Shown here: piece after piece, positions 45,992-54,212 of the stretch
How positions within the stretch are numbered: position 1 is the first letter of the stretch
Layout: the number at the start of each line of letters is the position of its first letter
From: Patescibacteria group bacterium
GTDB taxonomy: Bacteria; Patescibacteriota; Patescibacteriia; Patescibacteriales; UBA12465
Assembly (NCBI GenBank): GCA_041649315.1
Contig: JBAZNJ010000003.1
Location: 38,690 to 102,689 of the forward strand
Length of the DNA: 64,000 bases
Reading direction: 5' to 3'
Program-made: the position numbers and the translations under genes
The notes under the pieces: generated by a model
Told to the model about the DNA's origin: nothing
What the model saw: the letters and a program-made list of their open reading frames with translations, nothing else
Database searches by the model: none

Positions 45992-47005
45992 ATGGGAAAA
46001 GATAAAACAAAAAAAATATTAGATCAAAATTATGCCGATTTGTTGCCGGAAATAGTTGATTATATAGTTTCTCATGACGAGATTGCTAAGGCCTTAAAGC
46101 TGCGGCGAGTTTTAAGTAAAGCTGTTGATATAAATATTAATGAACTAAAACTACAACCTAAACTATTAAAATTTTATGAAGAAATTATTTTAAAGTTAAA
46201 ATTTGCGTGCCTGCCGACGTTAGATGAAAAGGAGGTTATCAGTTTAATTAGAGATGATTTTTGTTTCCAATTTAGGCTTAAAAATTATGATGTTTTGGAA
46301 AAAATATCCGGAAAAATTTTAAATATAATCGCGATTAACGATCGGAATATTTTTAAGGAAAATTTAAAGAAAGCTTTTTTAGAAAATATCGAGATTATAT
46401 CCGCTAACTATGAGATAAAATATGTTAAAGATTGGATTAAAAATTATGTAGCTAAGGTTGGGATAGACAAGCCGGATAATTTAGCTAAAGCCCAATATTT
46501 AAGCTCTTTAAAAAATCATAGAAATATTAGCCCTGAGGAATATGAGAATTTAGCCGTTTTGTTTAAATTTTATGATCGTCTTAATATCCCTTCTGATTCG
46601 CCGGAAGGATTTGACGAAGAGCCGCCGATAAAAATGAACGGGCAGTTATATATTTTCAGGAAAGGAGTGTTAGAACCGGTTAAGCGCGCCCAAAATGTTC
46701 TAGAAGCAATAAAATTACTTGGAGATAGTAAAGAAATAAATATAATTGAGAAAGAATTTTTAGATAGAGATTTAAGAAAAGCAGATTTATCAGATAAAAA
46801 ATCTCGGCCTGATATTCTAGTAACGGACGAGATTGATCCCCAGTTAAAATCAATTATAAAAATAGGAAATAATGGCGTCAAAAAAAATATTATTTCAAAA
46901 GAAATTAGCATTCAGGAATTAGAAGCTGTTTTAAAAAATTACCATTCTTCTAGCTTAGAGTATAAAGCAATAAAAGAGGAAATTAGCCGTCTGAGAAAAA
47001 AATAA
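45992..47005 (+). CDS. Hypothetical cytoplasmic protein
   Basis: 337-aa ORF starting 6 nt after the preceding gene. It has no TM helix or signal peptide and no recognisable motif. Confidence 0.5.
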   Translation: MGKDKTKKILDQNYADLLPEIVDYIVSHDEIAKALKLRRVLSKAVDININELKLQPKLLKFYEEIILKLKFACLPTLDEKEVISLIRDDFCFQFRLKNYDVLEKISGKILNIIAINDRNIFKENLKKAFLENIEIISANYEIKYVKDWIKNYVAKVGIDKPDNLAKAQYLSSLKNHRNISPEEYENLAVLFKFYDRLNIPSDSPEGFDEEPPIKMNGQLYIFRKGVLEPVKRAQNVLEAIKLLGDSKEINIIEKEFLDRDLRKADLSDKKSRPDILVTDEIDPQLKSIIKIGNNGVKKNIISKEISIQELEAVLKNYHSSSLEYKAIKEEISRLRKK

Positions 47006-47067
47006 TTTTTAAGAACAAATTTGATTAAGAAGTCTTCTAAACAATTAATATTTCGTTGTAATTAACT

Positions 47068-47835
47068 ATGAATAAAGAGATTTTACGGTTAGAGGGGGTT
47101 GGTAAGAGCTTTGGTGAAAAAAATAAATTTCTCGCTGTAAAAAAATTAAATATTTCTGTGAATAATGGTGAGTTCGCTTGTATCTTAGGTCCCAGTGGTT
47201 GTGGTAAGACAATCATTTTGCGTCTAGTGGCTGGATTCTTAAGGCCAACAATGGGACGAATTCTATTGGATAGTCAAGAAATTACCAAACCCGGCACGGA
47301 CCGGATTTTGATTTTTCAGGATTATATTTTATTTCCATGGATGACGGTTCGTCGTAATATTATGTTTGGCGCGGAAAAAAGTGGATTGTCCCAGCGCCAA
47401 AAGGAGACCCTGACGAATAAATATTTAAAATTAGTTGGTCTGACAAAATTTAAGAATTGGTATATTCATAATCTTTCTGGTGGGATGAAACAAAGAGTAG
47501 CTATCGCTCGCGCCTTAATTTCTAATCCTAAAGTTTTATTAATGGATGAGCCCTTTGCGGCGTTAGATTCCCAAAGTCGTAAATATATGAGGGCGAGTTT
47601 AGAAAAAATTTGGCAAAAAACAAAAAAGACAGTTATTTTTGTAACCCACAGTATTAATGAAGCGCTTATTTTGGCCGATACCATTTATCTTTTATCAGAT
47701 TCTCCGGCTAGGGTTATAAGGACTTATAAAATAAATTTGCCGCGGCCTCGTTCGCAGTATGATTTCCGGTTTGTAAAGATTGCCAAAGATATTGAGAGAA
47801 AGATTGCTAAAGAATTTAAAGAATTTAAATTATAG
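47068..47835 (+). CDS. ABC transporter ATP-binding protein (NitT/TauT family: nitrate/sulfonate/taurine-type)
   Basis: Walker A GPSGCGKT, the signature LSGGMKQRVAIARAL, and Walker B LLMDEPF. The size and the ending are typical of SsuB/TauB-like proteins. Confidence 0.9.
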   Translation: MNKEILRLEGVGKSFGEKNKFLAVKKLNISVNNGEFACILGPSGCGKTIILRLVAGFLRPTMGRILLDSQEITKPGTDRILIFQDYILFPWMTVRRNIMFGAEKSGLSQRQKETLTNKYLKLVGLTKFKNWYIHNLSGGMKQRVAIARALISNPKVLLMDEPFAALDSQSRKYMRASLEKIWQKTKKTVIFVTHSINEALILADTIYLLSDSPARVIRTYKINLPRPRSQYDFRFVKIAKDIERKIAKEFKEFKL

Positions 47836-47906
47836 CTTAAGTAGTTTGGTCGGGGGCAGAATGTCATAGTGAGGGAGTTAATTTATTATGAGAAAATATT
47901 AGATCT

Positions 47907-48947
47907 ATGAAAATTATAAATAAAGTGATTTTGTGTGTTGGGTTTGTCGCAGTAATGGTCGGTAGTTATTTTATTTTTTTTAAGACACCGCACAAAACCA
48001 ATTCTAATCTTATTCCAGTCCGGGTTGGATATAACACAGAAAGCGTGACTAATGCCTCGATTATTATTGCTTACGAAAAAGGATATTTTCAGGCACATGG
48101 TTTAGACCCTCAGATGGTTCCGTTAAAAAGCGGCCGGGAAGTCATGTTGGCTTTAGCCGCCGGGCAAGTTGATTTAGGAATCGGTAGTTTTACAAATTTT
48201 ATGACCGCCATGGTTAAAGGTGTGCCGATTAGAATTATTGCTGCCTCTGCTTCATCGCCAAGTTTTGTTCTTATTAGACCGAATGAAGGGTTTAATAATT
48301 TAGCCGATTTCTACGGAAAAAATATTTTAGTTAATGCTAGTGGGATTAATGATCTTTTCTTTAGATCAGTTATGAACCGAGAAAATATTGATGTACAAAA
48401 AATAAATTTTGTTGATATTGAAAGAGCCTATCAGGTGATTGCTTTAATGGACAAAAGGACAGTTGATGCTGTTGTGGTGTCCGCACAAGATACCGAGAAA
48501 TTACTTGAAGCCGGAGCTGTAGTTTTACCGAACTGGGAAGAAAAAGGATATGATAAAGAGTTTTTGCCCCGTAATTCTATTGTCGTCAATACGGAATTTC
48601 TTAATCAACATGAACCGGAAACAGCTGCTTTTTTAGAGGCCTTAATTGATGCTCATTATTTAATCCATAATACTGCGCCAGAAGCGGCTCGATTGTTGTC
48701 CAATCATATAAAGGAGAGTAGTGGGGGCGCGGTTATTCGTTCGCCGGAAGAAATCGTTAGCCAATGGGATAACAAAGAAGTAATTAACATGATTTGGCAA
48801 GATCCGAGCATTACCATGAATTTAGCGAGTAAAGCCAAGGAAATAGGGGCGGTAGATCAAGAACCGACGCTTCAAGATATTTATGATTTAAGATTTATGG
48901 ATAAATTAGTGATTGCACAGAAGAAAATATATGGCGATCAGGATTAA
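47907..48947 (+). CDS. ABC transporter substrate-binding protein (NMT1/THI5-SsuA-like)
   Basis: An N-terminal anchor helix is followed by IPVRVGYNTESVTNASIIIAYEKGYFQAHGLD... and ALAAGQVDLGIG, the pattern of SsuA/TauA/NMT1-type periplasmic binding proteins. Confidence 0.7.
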   Translation: MKIINKVILCVGFVAVMVGSYFIFFKTPHKTNSNLIPVRVGYNTESVTNASIIIAYEKGYFQAHGLDPQMVPLKSGREVMLALAAGQVDLGIGSFTNFMTAMVKGVPIRIIAASASSPSFVLIRPNEGFNNLADFYGKNILVNASGINDLFFRSVMNRENIDVQKINFVDIERAYQVIALMDKRTVDAVVVSAQDTEKLLEAGAVVLPNWEEKGYDKEFLPRNSIVVNTEFLNQHEPETAAFLEALIDAHYLIHNTAPEAARLLSNHIKESSGGAVIRSPEEIVSQWDNKEVINMIWQDPSITMNLASKAKEIGAVDQEPTLQDIYDLRFMDKLVIAQKKIYGDQD

Positions 48948-49704
48948 GGATATAGTTCTTGGTTGGTCATTATTTATTATAGCCTTAATTACTTGGCAAA
49001 TTTTAAGTGCCACCCAAATAGTTCCACCATGGCTATTGTCTCCTCCGGAGGAAACATTTTCGGTTTTTTTAGAGCTTATTAGTAATGGAACTTTGATAAA
49101 ATTATTATTTAATAGTTTTTTAAATGTTTTCCCGGCTTTTATTATATCTTTAATATTTGCTTTGGTCCTCGGGACATTAGTTGGTGCCAATCCTACATTT
49201 AGTAAGATGTTTTCTCCGTTTTTGGCAGCAATCCATTTAGTGCCGTCATTAGCCTGGTTGCCCTTGATTATTCTATTTTTTGGATTTACGCGGGAAACTA
49301 TTTGGATAATTATCTTTATTTCCAGTTTTATTAGAATGATTTATAGTATTATTGGCGGCGTTCAAGGCGTTAACCAAAATTGGTTGTTAGTGGCTCAGAA
49401 TTTGGAGTTAAATAGGTTCCAGATTATAATTAGAGTAGTTTTGCCGGGAGCTTTACCGCAAATTTTAAGCGGCATTCGAGTCGGTTTTGGGTCGGCTTGG
49501 CGATCGTTAGTTGGAGCGGAGATGTTAGTGGTAACAGCTGGAGGATTAGGAAAATATATTTGGATGTCGCAGTGGGCCTTTAAGTTTGATCAAGTTATTT
49601 CCGGTATAATAGTAATAGCTTTAGTAGGCGTGATTGTCGAGCAATTAGTTTTTAAAAAGATTGAGCGAATAACTTTAGTTAGATGGGGTTTAGTCCAAAT
49701 ATAA
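48931..49704 (+). CDS. ABC transporter permease (SsuC/TauC-like)
   Basis: Six hydrophobic helices and the BPD_transp_1-like loop GIRVGFGSAWRSLVGAEM. The track ORF starts at a TTG (48913). I prefer the ATG at 48931, which overlaps the SBP stop codon. Confidence 0.85.
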   Translation: MAIRIKDIVLGWSLFIIALITWQILSATQIVPPWLLSPPEETFSVFLELISNGTLIKLLFNSFLNVFPAFIISLIFALVLGTLVGANPTFSKMFSPFLAAIHLVPSLAWLPLIILFFGFTRETIWIIIFISSFIRMIYSIIGGVQGVNQNWLLVAQNLELNRFQIIIRVVLPGALPQILSGIRVGFGSAWRSLVGAEMLVVTAGGLGKYIWMSQWAFKFDQVISGIIVIALVGVIVEQLVFKKIERITLVRWGLVQI

Positions 49705-49727
49705 CGTAATTTTTAAAATAGATTAAA

Positions 49728-50699
49728 ATGTCAAATAATAAATTCCATAAAATCGCGGTGTCCGGCTCTTTAGCTTACGATCAAATCATGGATTTCCCCG
49801 GTCGCTTCGGCGACCATATCCTGCCCGACGAAGTCCATAATTTAAACTTTAGCTTTTTTCTTAAAGGGCTTAAGACGAGTTTCGGCGGCACGGCCGGCAA
49901 CATCGCTTATAATCTATCTTTACTTGGTTTGCAACCGATGATTTTCGGCGCGGTTGGCGGGGACTTTTCGGTTTATGAAAAATGGCTGATAAAGCAAAAA
50001 ATAAATTTAAAATATATTAGTAGGTCCGCGGCGTTTAAGACCGCCGCCGCCTATATCATTACCGACCAGGCCGATAATCAGATTACTGCTTTTTATCCCG
50101 GACCGAGTCCGCGCGGTTATGCAGGCCGGACAGCGATGAAATCCGGCCGCCTTGATTTAGCAATCATCGCGCCGGATGATAAGGCGCGGATGCTTGAATA
50201 TATTTCCGCTTATAAGAAAAAAGGCACGCCTTATATTTTTGATCCTGGGCAGGCGCTGATTGCTTTTACGCCGCCGGAACTCCGTCGGGCAGTCAAAGGC
50301 GCGAAAGTTTTGATCGGCAATGACTATGAGATAAAATTGATTGAGCGTAATTTAAAAGTTAATCTTCAGGCGTTGGTTAGGATGGTAGAAATTTTAGTAA
50401 TCACGAAAGGCGGCCGCGGTTCAGAAATTTATCAGGGCGCGGAAAAGATTATTGTTAAGCCGGCAAAACCGAAAAACACTTGTGATCCGACCGGGGCCGG
50501 CGACGCTTATCGGGCCGGGTTTATTAAAGGCCTGATTTCCGGTTTTAATTTAAAAACCTGCGGGCAATTGGCGGCAACCGTGGCGGTTTATACGGTTGAG
50601 AAATTCGGCACGCAGACGCATAGATTCACGCTTAGCGGGCTGAAGAATAGGTATTATGAGAATTATAAGGAGAGGTTGGAGAGGTTAAGTATTAGTTAA
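49728..50699 (+). CDS. PfkB-family carbohydrate/nucleoside kinase (adenosine-kinase candidate)
   Basis: FGGTAGNIAYNL (PfkB motif 1 region) and DPTGAGDAYRAGF (PfkB signature 2). Adenosine specificity is inferred only from the neighbouring ahcY/metK genes. Confidence 0.75.
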   Translation: MSNNKFHKIAVSGSLAYDQIMDFPGRFGDHILPDEVHNLNFSFFLKGLKTSFGGTAGNIAYNLSLLGLQPMIFGAVGGDFSVYEKWLIKQKINLKYISRSAAFKTAAAYIITDQADNQITAFYPGPSPRGYAGRTAMKSGRLDLAIIAPDDKARMLEYISAYKKKGTPYIFDPGQALIAFTPPELRRAVKGAKVLIGNDYEIKLIERNLKVNLQALVRMVEILVITKGGRGSEIYQGAEKIIVKPAKPKNTCDPTGAGDAYRAGFIKGLISGFNLKTCGQLAATVAVYTVEKFGTQTHRFTLSGLKNRYYENYKERLERLSIS

Positions 50700-50725
50700 A
50701 ATTCTCTAAATAATAGTTAAATTAT

Positions 50726-50771
50726 TTATCCACAGATGATTTCCTGATGTCGGGAAATCATCTGTGGATAA
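50726..50771. promoter_or_regulatory. Perfect 19-bp inverted repeat whose outer ends are two consensus DnaA boxes
   Basis: TTATCCACAGATGATTTCC (50726-50744), an 8-nt spacer, GGAAATCATCTGTGGATAA (50753-50771). The outer 9-mers TTATCCACA and TGTGGATAA equal the DnaA-box consensus. It ends 8 nt before the NYN gene ATG. Confidence 0.6.
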
Positions 50772-50779
50772 ACTAAATT

Positions 50780-51322
50780 ATGATAAAGAAAAAAAACAAT
50801 TATGCCTATATTGATGGCGCTAACTTGCATAAGGGCATCATTGGTTTAGGTTGGGGGCTGGATTATAAAAGATTTAGGGTGTGGTTGCTTGAAAAATACG
50901 GCGTGCAGGTCGCTTATTTATTTATTGGGTTAATACCGAGATATAAAGAACTTTATAAATATTTGCAAGAGTGCGGCTTTACTCTTGTTTTTAAAGAAGT
51001 GGTTTATGATGGCGTTGGGAATCCAAAGGGTAATTGCGATGCCGATTTAGTTTTAGCAACTGTGCGTGATGCTTATGAAAATAAATTTAATAAAGCAGTA
51101 TTGGTTGCAAGCGATGGTGATTACGCCGGACTGGTTAAGTTTTTAGAAGAAAAACAAAAATTTTTTGTCGTTTTGTCGCCTCATCAAAAAGATAAGTGTT
51201 CAATTTTACTTAAGCGGACCGGAGTAAGGATTGCTTATATTAATGATCAACGATTGCATTTAGTGTCACAAAAAGAAAAAGCCCCTGGCGGGGACGGAAC
51301 CCCGCGAGGGTCTTTTTCGTAA
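50780..51322 (+). CDS. NYN-domain (LabA/DUF88-like, PIN-fold) putative ribonuclease
   Basis: YAYIDGANLHKGI ... CDADLVLATVRDAYE ... AVLVASDGDYAGLVKFL matches the acidic-residue pattern of NYN/LabA-like nucleases. Confidence 0.7.
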   Translation: MIKKKNNYAYIDGANLHKGIIGLGWGLDYKRFRVWLLEKYGVQVAYLFIGLIPRYKELYKYLQECGFTLVFKEVVYDGVGNPKGNCDADLVLATVRDAYENKFNKAVLVASDGDYAGLVKFLEEKQKFFVVLSPHQKDKCSILLKRTGVRIAYINDQRLHLVSQKEKAPGGDGTPRGSFS

Positions 51323-51404
51323 GTATTAATTACATTATAACAAGCGCTCGTTAAAAGTCAAGAGCTAAAATTCAAGAGTTTCACGAGCGAATAATTAAGT
51401 TAAT

Positions 51405-52661
51405 ATGACTCATCACATCAAAGATTTAAAATTAGCTGCGGCCGGAGAGAAGCGGCTATCCTGGGCGGAACGCGACATGCCGGTTCTCGGGCTGATTAAA
51501 AAAGATTTTCAGAAAGCAAAACCTTTCAAAGGTAAGCGGATTTCCGCCTGTATGCATGTAACCGCGGAAACGGCTAATTTAATGCTGGCTTTAAAAGCCG
51601 GCGGGGCGGATATTACGCTCGTGGCTTCCAATCCGCTTTCAACGCAGGACGATATCGCGGCGACTTTAGTTAAGAACCATGGTCTGAAAGTTATGGCGAT
51701 CCATGGCGAAGATACGAAAATCTACTATACGCATCTTAACCAGGCCTTGAAAAATAAGCCGCATATTACTATGGACGACGGCGCGGATTTGATTTCATTA
51801 TTACATAATAAATACAAGAATCAGGCCAAGGATATTTTAGGCAGCATGGAAGAAACCACGACCGGGGTCATCCGTTTGCGGGCCTTGGCGGCGCACGGCC
51901 AATTAAAATTGCCGGTAATCGCGGTTAATGACGCGAAAACCAAAAATTTATTTGATAACCGCTACGGCACCGGGCAATCGACTTTGGACGGAATTATCCG
52001 AGCCTCCGGAATTTTAGTGGCCGGGAAATGCATGGTCGTGGCCGGCTATGGCTGGTGCGGCCGCGGTTTTGCCATGCGGGCGCGCGGCATGGGCGCGGAA
52101 GTAATCGTAACTGAAGTTGATCCAATCAAATCTTTAGAAGCGGCCATGGACGGTTTCCGCGTGATGCCGATGATTGAGGCGGCGAAAGTCGGCGATGTTT
52201 TTTGCACGATTACCGGCGATATCAAAGTTCTTGACGCGGCACATTTTAAAGTTATGAAAGATGGGGCCATGCTTTGCAACTCCGGTCATTTTGACGTGGA
52301 AATAAATTTGCCGGCCTTAAAGAAGATGGCGAAAAAAGTAAATTATAATGTAACTGAAAATGTTGATGAATATATTGTCGGCGCGAAACGGATTTATGTC
52401 TTAGGGCAGGGGCGGTTGATTAATCTGGCGGCGGCCGAAGGGCATCCGTCAAGCGTGATGGATATGAGCTTCGCGACGCAGGCCTTGGCCGCGGAATATG
52501 TTGTTAAGAATTCCGGCCGTTTGGCGGTTAAGGTTCATAATGTGCCGGAAGCGATTGAAAATAAAGTCGCGAACATGAAACTAAAATCTTTAGGGATTAA
52601 GATTGATAAGCTTACGCCGGAGCAGGCCGCATATTTGGCGTCTTGGGAATTGGGGACATAG
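51405..52661 (+). CDS. ahcY: S-adenosyl-L-homocysteine hydrolase (short archaeal-type)
   Basis: MDDGADL, EETTTGV, the NAD-binding [10 protein letters not shown], and NSGHFDVEI. Length is 418 aa. Confidence 0.93.
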   Translation: MTHHIKDLKLAAAGEKRLSWAERDMPVLGLIKKDFQKAKPFKGKRISACMHVTAETANLMLALKAGGADITLVASNPLSTQDDIAATLVKNHGLKVMAIHGEDTKIYYTHLNQALKNKPHITMDDGADLISLLHNKYKNQAKDILGSMEETTTGVIRLRALAAHGQLKLPVIAVNDAKTKNLFDNRYGTGQSTLDGIIRASGILVAGKCMVVAGYGWCGRGFAMRARGMGAEVIVTEVDPIKSLEAAMDGFRVMPMIEAAKVGDVFCTITGDIKVLDAAHFKVMKDGAMLCNSGHFDVEINLPALKKMAKKVNYNVTENVDEYIVGAKRIYVLGQGRLINLAAAEGHPSSVMDMSFATQALAAEYVVKNSGRLAVKVHNVPEAIENKVANMKLKSLGIKIDKLTPEQAAYLASWELGT

Positions 52662-52688
52662 GAAGGATTGATGAATTTGCTAAAATTG

Positions 52689-52727
52689 TTGTAAAAAATT
52701 ACAATATATATTGTAAAACTTTACAAT
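52689..52727 (+). promoter_or_regulatory. metK promoter embedded in two adjacent palindromes
   Basis: The palindromes are TTGTAAAAAATTACAA (52689-52704) and ATTGTAAAACTTTACAAT (52710-52727), with centres 22 nt apart. The same bases give TTACAA (-35, 52699-52704), 17 nt, TACAAT (-10, 52722-52727). Confidence 0.5.
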
Positions 52728-52792
52728 CTAAATGTTAAAATTTTATTTAATTTTCGTTAATTAATTTCCGTTACCCGAGCGGACAAAAAAAT

Positions 52793-53953
52793 ATGAATAT
52801 TAAACTTATGACTTCGGAATCAGTGACCGAAGGACATCCGGATAAAGTCTGTGATCAGATTAGCGACGGACTTTTGGATGAGATGTTAAAGCATGATCCG
52901 GAGAGCCATGCGGCTATTGAAAGCTTCGCGACCAACGGGATGATTGTGGTCGGCGGGGAAGTGCGGACTAAGGAGTATATCCAGGTCGATGATACAATCC
53001 GAAAAATCCTCAAAGGCATCGGCTACGACAGTGCGGATTCCGGTTTTGATTGTGATAGCGTCGGCATCATGTCTTCGCTCCATGCCCAAAGCGCGGAAAT
53101 CGCCCAAGGCGTTGACGAAGGCGCGGGCGAATTTCAGGAACAAGGGGCCGGAGATCAAGGCCTTATGTACGGCTACGCGACTAATGAAACCAAGGAACTA
53201 ATGCCTTTGCCAATAACTTTAGCACATAAACTTACCGCGCGTTTAGCCGAGGTTCGCAAAAAGAAGGAGCTCGCGTATTTGCGACCGGACGGCAAGAGCC
53301 AGGTAACGGTTGAATATCACGACGGGATTGCCAAGCGGGTTGAGACCGTCGTTATCGCCGCTTGTCATCAGGCCGAAGTCGCTTTAGAAAAAGTGCGGAC
53401 TGATATTTTAGACAAAGTTATCAAGCCGGTTTTAGGCGAATTAATGGATAAAGACACAAAAATTTTTATAAACTCTACCGGCGCCTTTACTTTTGGTGGT
53501 CCGGCGGCCGATACCGGACTCACCGGACGGAAGATTATTGTTGATACTTACGGCGGTCTGGCGCGGCACGGCGGCGGCTGTTTTTCCGGCAAAGATTCTT
53601 CAAAAGTCGATCGTTCCGGCGCTTATATGGCGCGCTATGCGGCGAAAAATATCGTGGCCGCGGGTTTAGCGGATAAATGTGAACTTCAGGTCGCTTACGC
53701 CATCGGCGTGGCGAAACCGGTCGGACTCTACATTGATACTTTCGGTACGAACAAATACGCGGAAGAAGATATTTTAGCGGCGATTGATAAAGTTTTTGAT
53801 TTTCGGCCGAAAGCGATTATTGACCATTTAGAATTAAAAAAACCGGTTTTCTTAAAAACCGCGGCCTATGGCCATTTCGGCCGGCCGGAGTTTAGATGGG
53901 AAAAATTAGATAAGGTTGAGGAGTTGAAAAAGGCGATTGGCGAAAAAAAATAA
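52793..53953 (+). CDS. metK: S-adenosylmethionine synthetase
   Basis: SESVTEGHPDKVCDQISD, GAGDQGLMYGYA, GGGCFSGKDSSKVDRSGAYMARY. Confidence 0.96.
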   Translation: MNIKLMTSESVTEGHPDKVCDQISDGLLDEMLKHDPESHAAIESFATNGMIVVGGEVRTKEYIQVDDTIRKILKGIGYDSADSGFDCDSVGIMSSLHAQSAEIAQGVDEGAGEFQEQGAGDQGLMYGYATNETKELMPLPITLAHKLTARLAEVRKKKELAYLRPDGKSQVTVEYHDGIAKRVETVVIAACHQAEVALEKVRTDILDKVIKPVLGELMDKDTKIFINSTGAFTFGGPAADTGLTGRKIIVDTYGGLARHGGGCFSGKDSSKVDRSGAYMARYAAKNIVAAGLADKCELQVAYAIGVAKPVGLYIDTFGTNKYAEEDILAAIDKVFDFRPKAIIDHLELKKPVFLKTAAYGHFGRPEFRWEKLDKVEELKKAIGEKK

Positions 53954-53965
53954 AACAGAGTTAAG

Positions 53966-53997
53966 GCGGCGCCACTATAAAATGGCGCCGTTTTTTA
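53966..53997 (+). terminator. Rho-independent terminator after metK
   Basis: Stem CGGCGCCA (53967-53974), loop CTATAAAA, stem TGGCGCCG (53983-53990), and TTTTTT (53991-53996). Confidence 0.75.
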
Positions 53998-54128
53998 ATG
54001 GGCCCACCTTTCTCTAGTTTGCTTTATATCAAACTTAAAGTAAACTTGACTTTAATTTAGGTTGGGTAAAAATAGGTAATTTATTTAATATTAGCAAATT
54101 TAGTAGATTTATTGAGAAGTAGGCGCAT

Positions 54129-54177
54129 TACTATTTGTATAGTGGTAGTTGACAAATAGTATTACCAGATATATAAT
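54129..54177 (+). promoter_or_regulatory. Consensus promoter of AAA ATPase gene 1 overlapped by a 10-bp inverted repeat
   Basis: TTGACA (54149-54154), 17 nt, TATAAT (54172-54177). The inverted repeat TACTATTTGT (54129-54138) / ACAAATAGTA (54152-54161) overlaps the -35. Confidence 0.6.
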
Positions 54178-54212
54178 GGTAGTATAATTATAGTAATTAG
54201 CAATAAATCAAT

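Noticed and set aside
50700-50779. Calling the DnaA-box palindrome a replication origin
   Set aside because: There are only two boxes. The 80-nt gap has no AT-rich unwinding repeats, no dnaA/dnaN nearby, and no visible change of gene-strand bias around it.
52662-52792. SAM riboswitch upstream of metK
   Set aside because: The 131-nt gap is almost pure A/T apart from one short CCG...CGG stem. I could find none of the conserved SAM-I, SAM-II or SAM/SAH helices or junction sequences.
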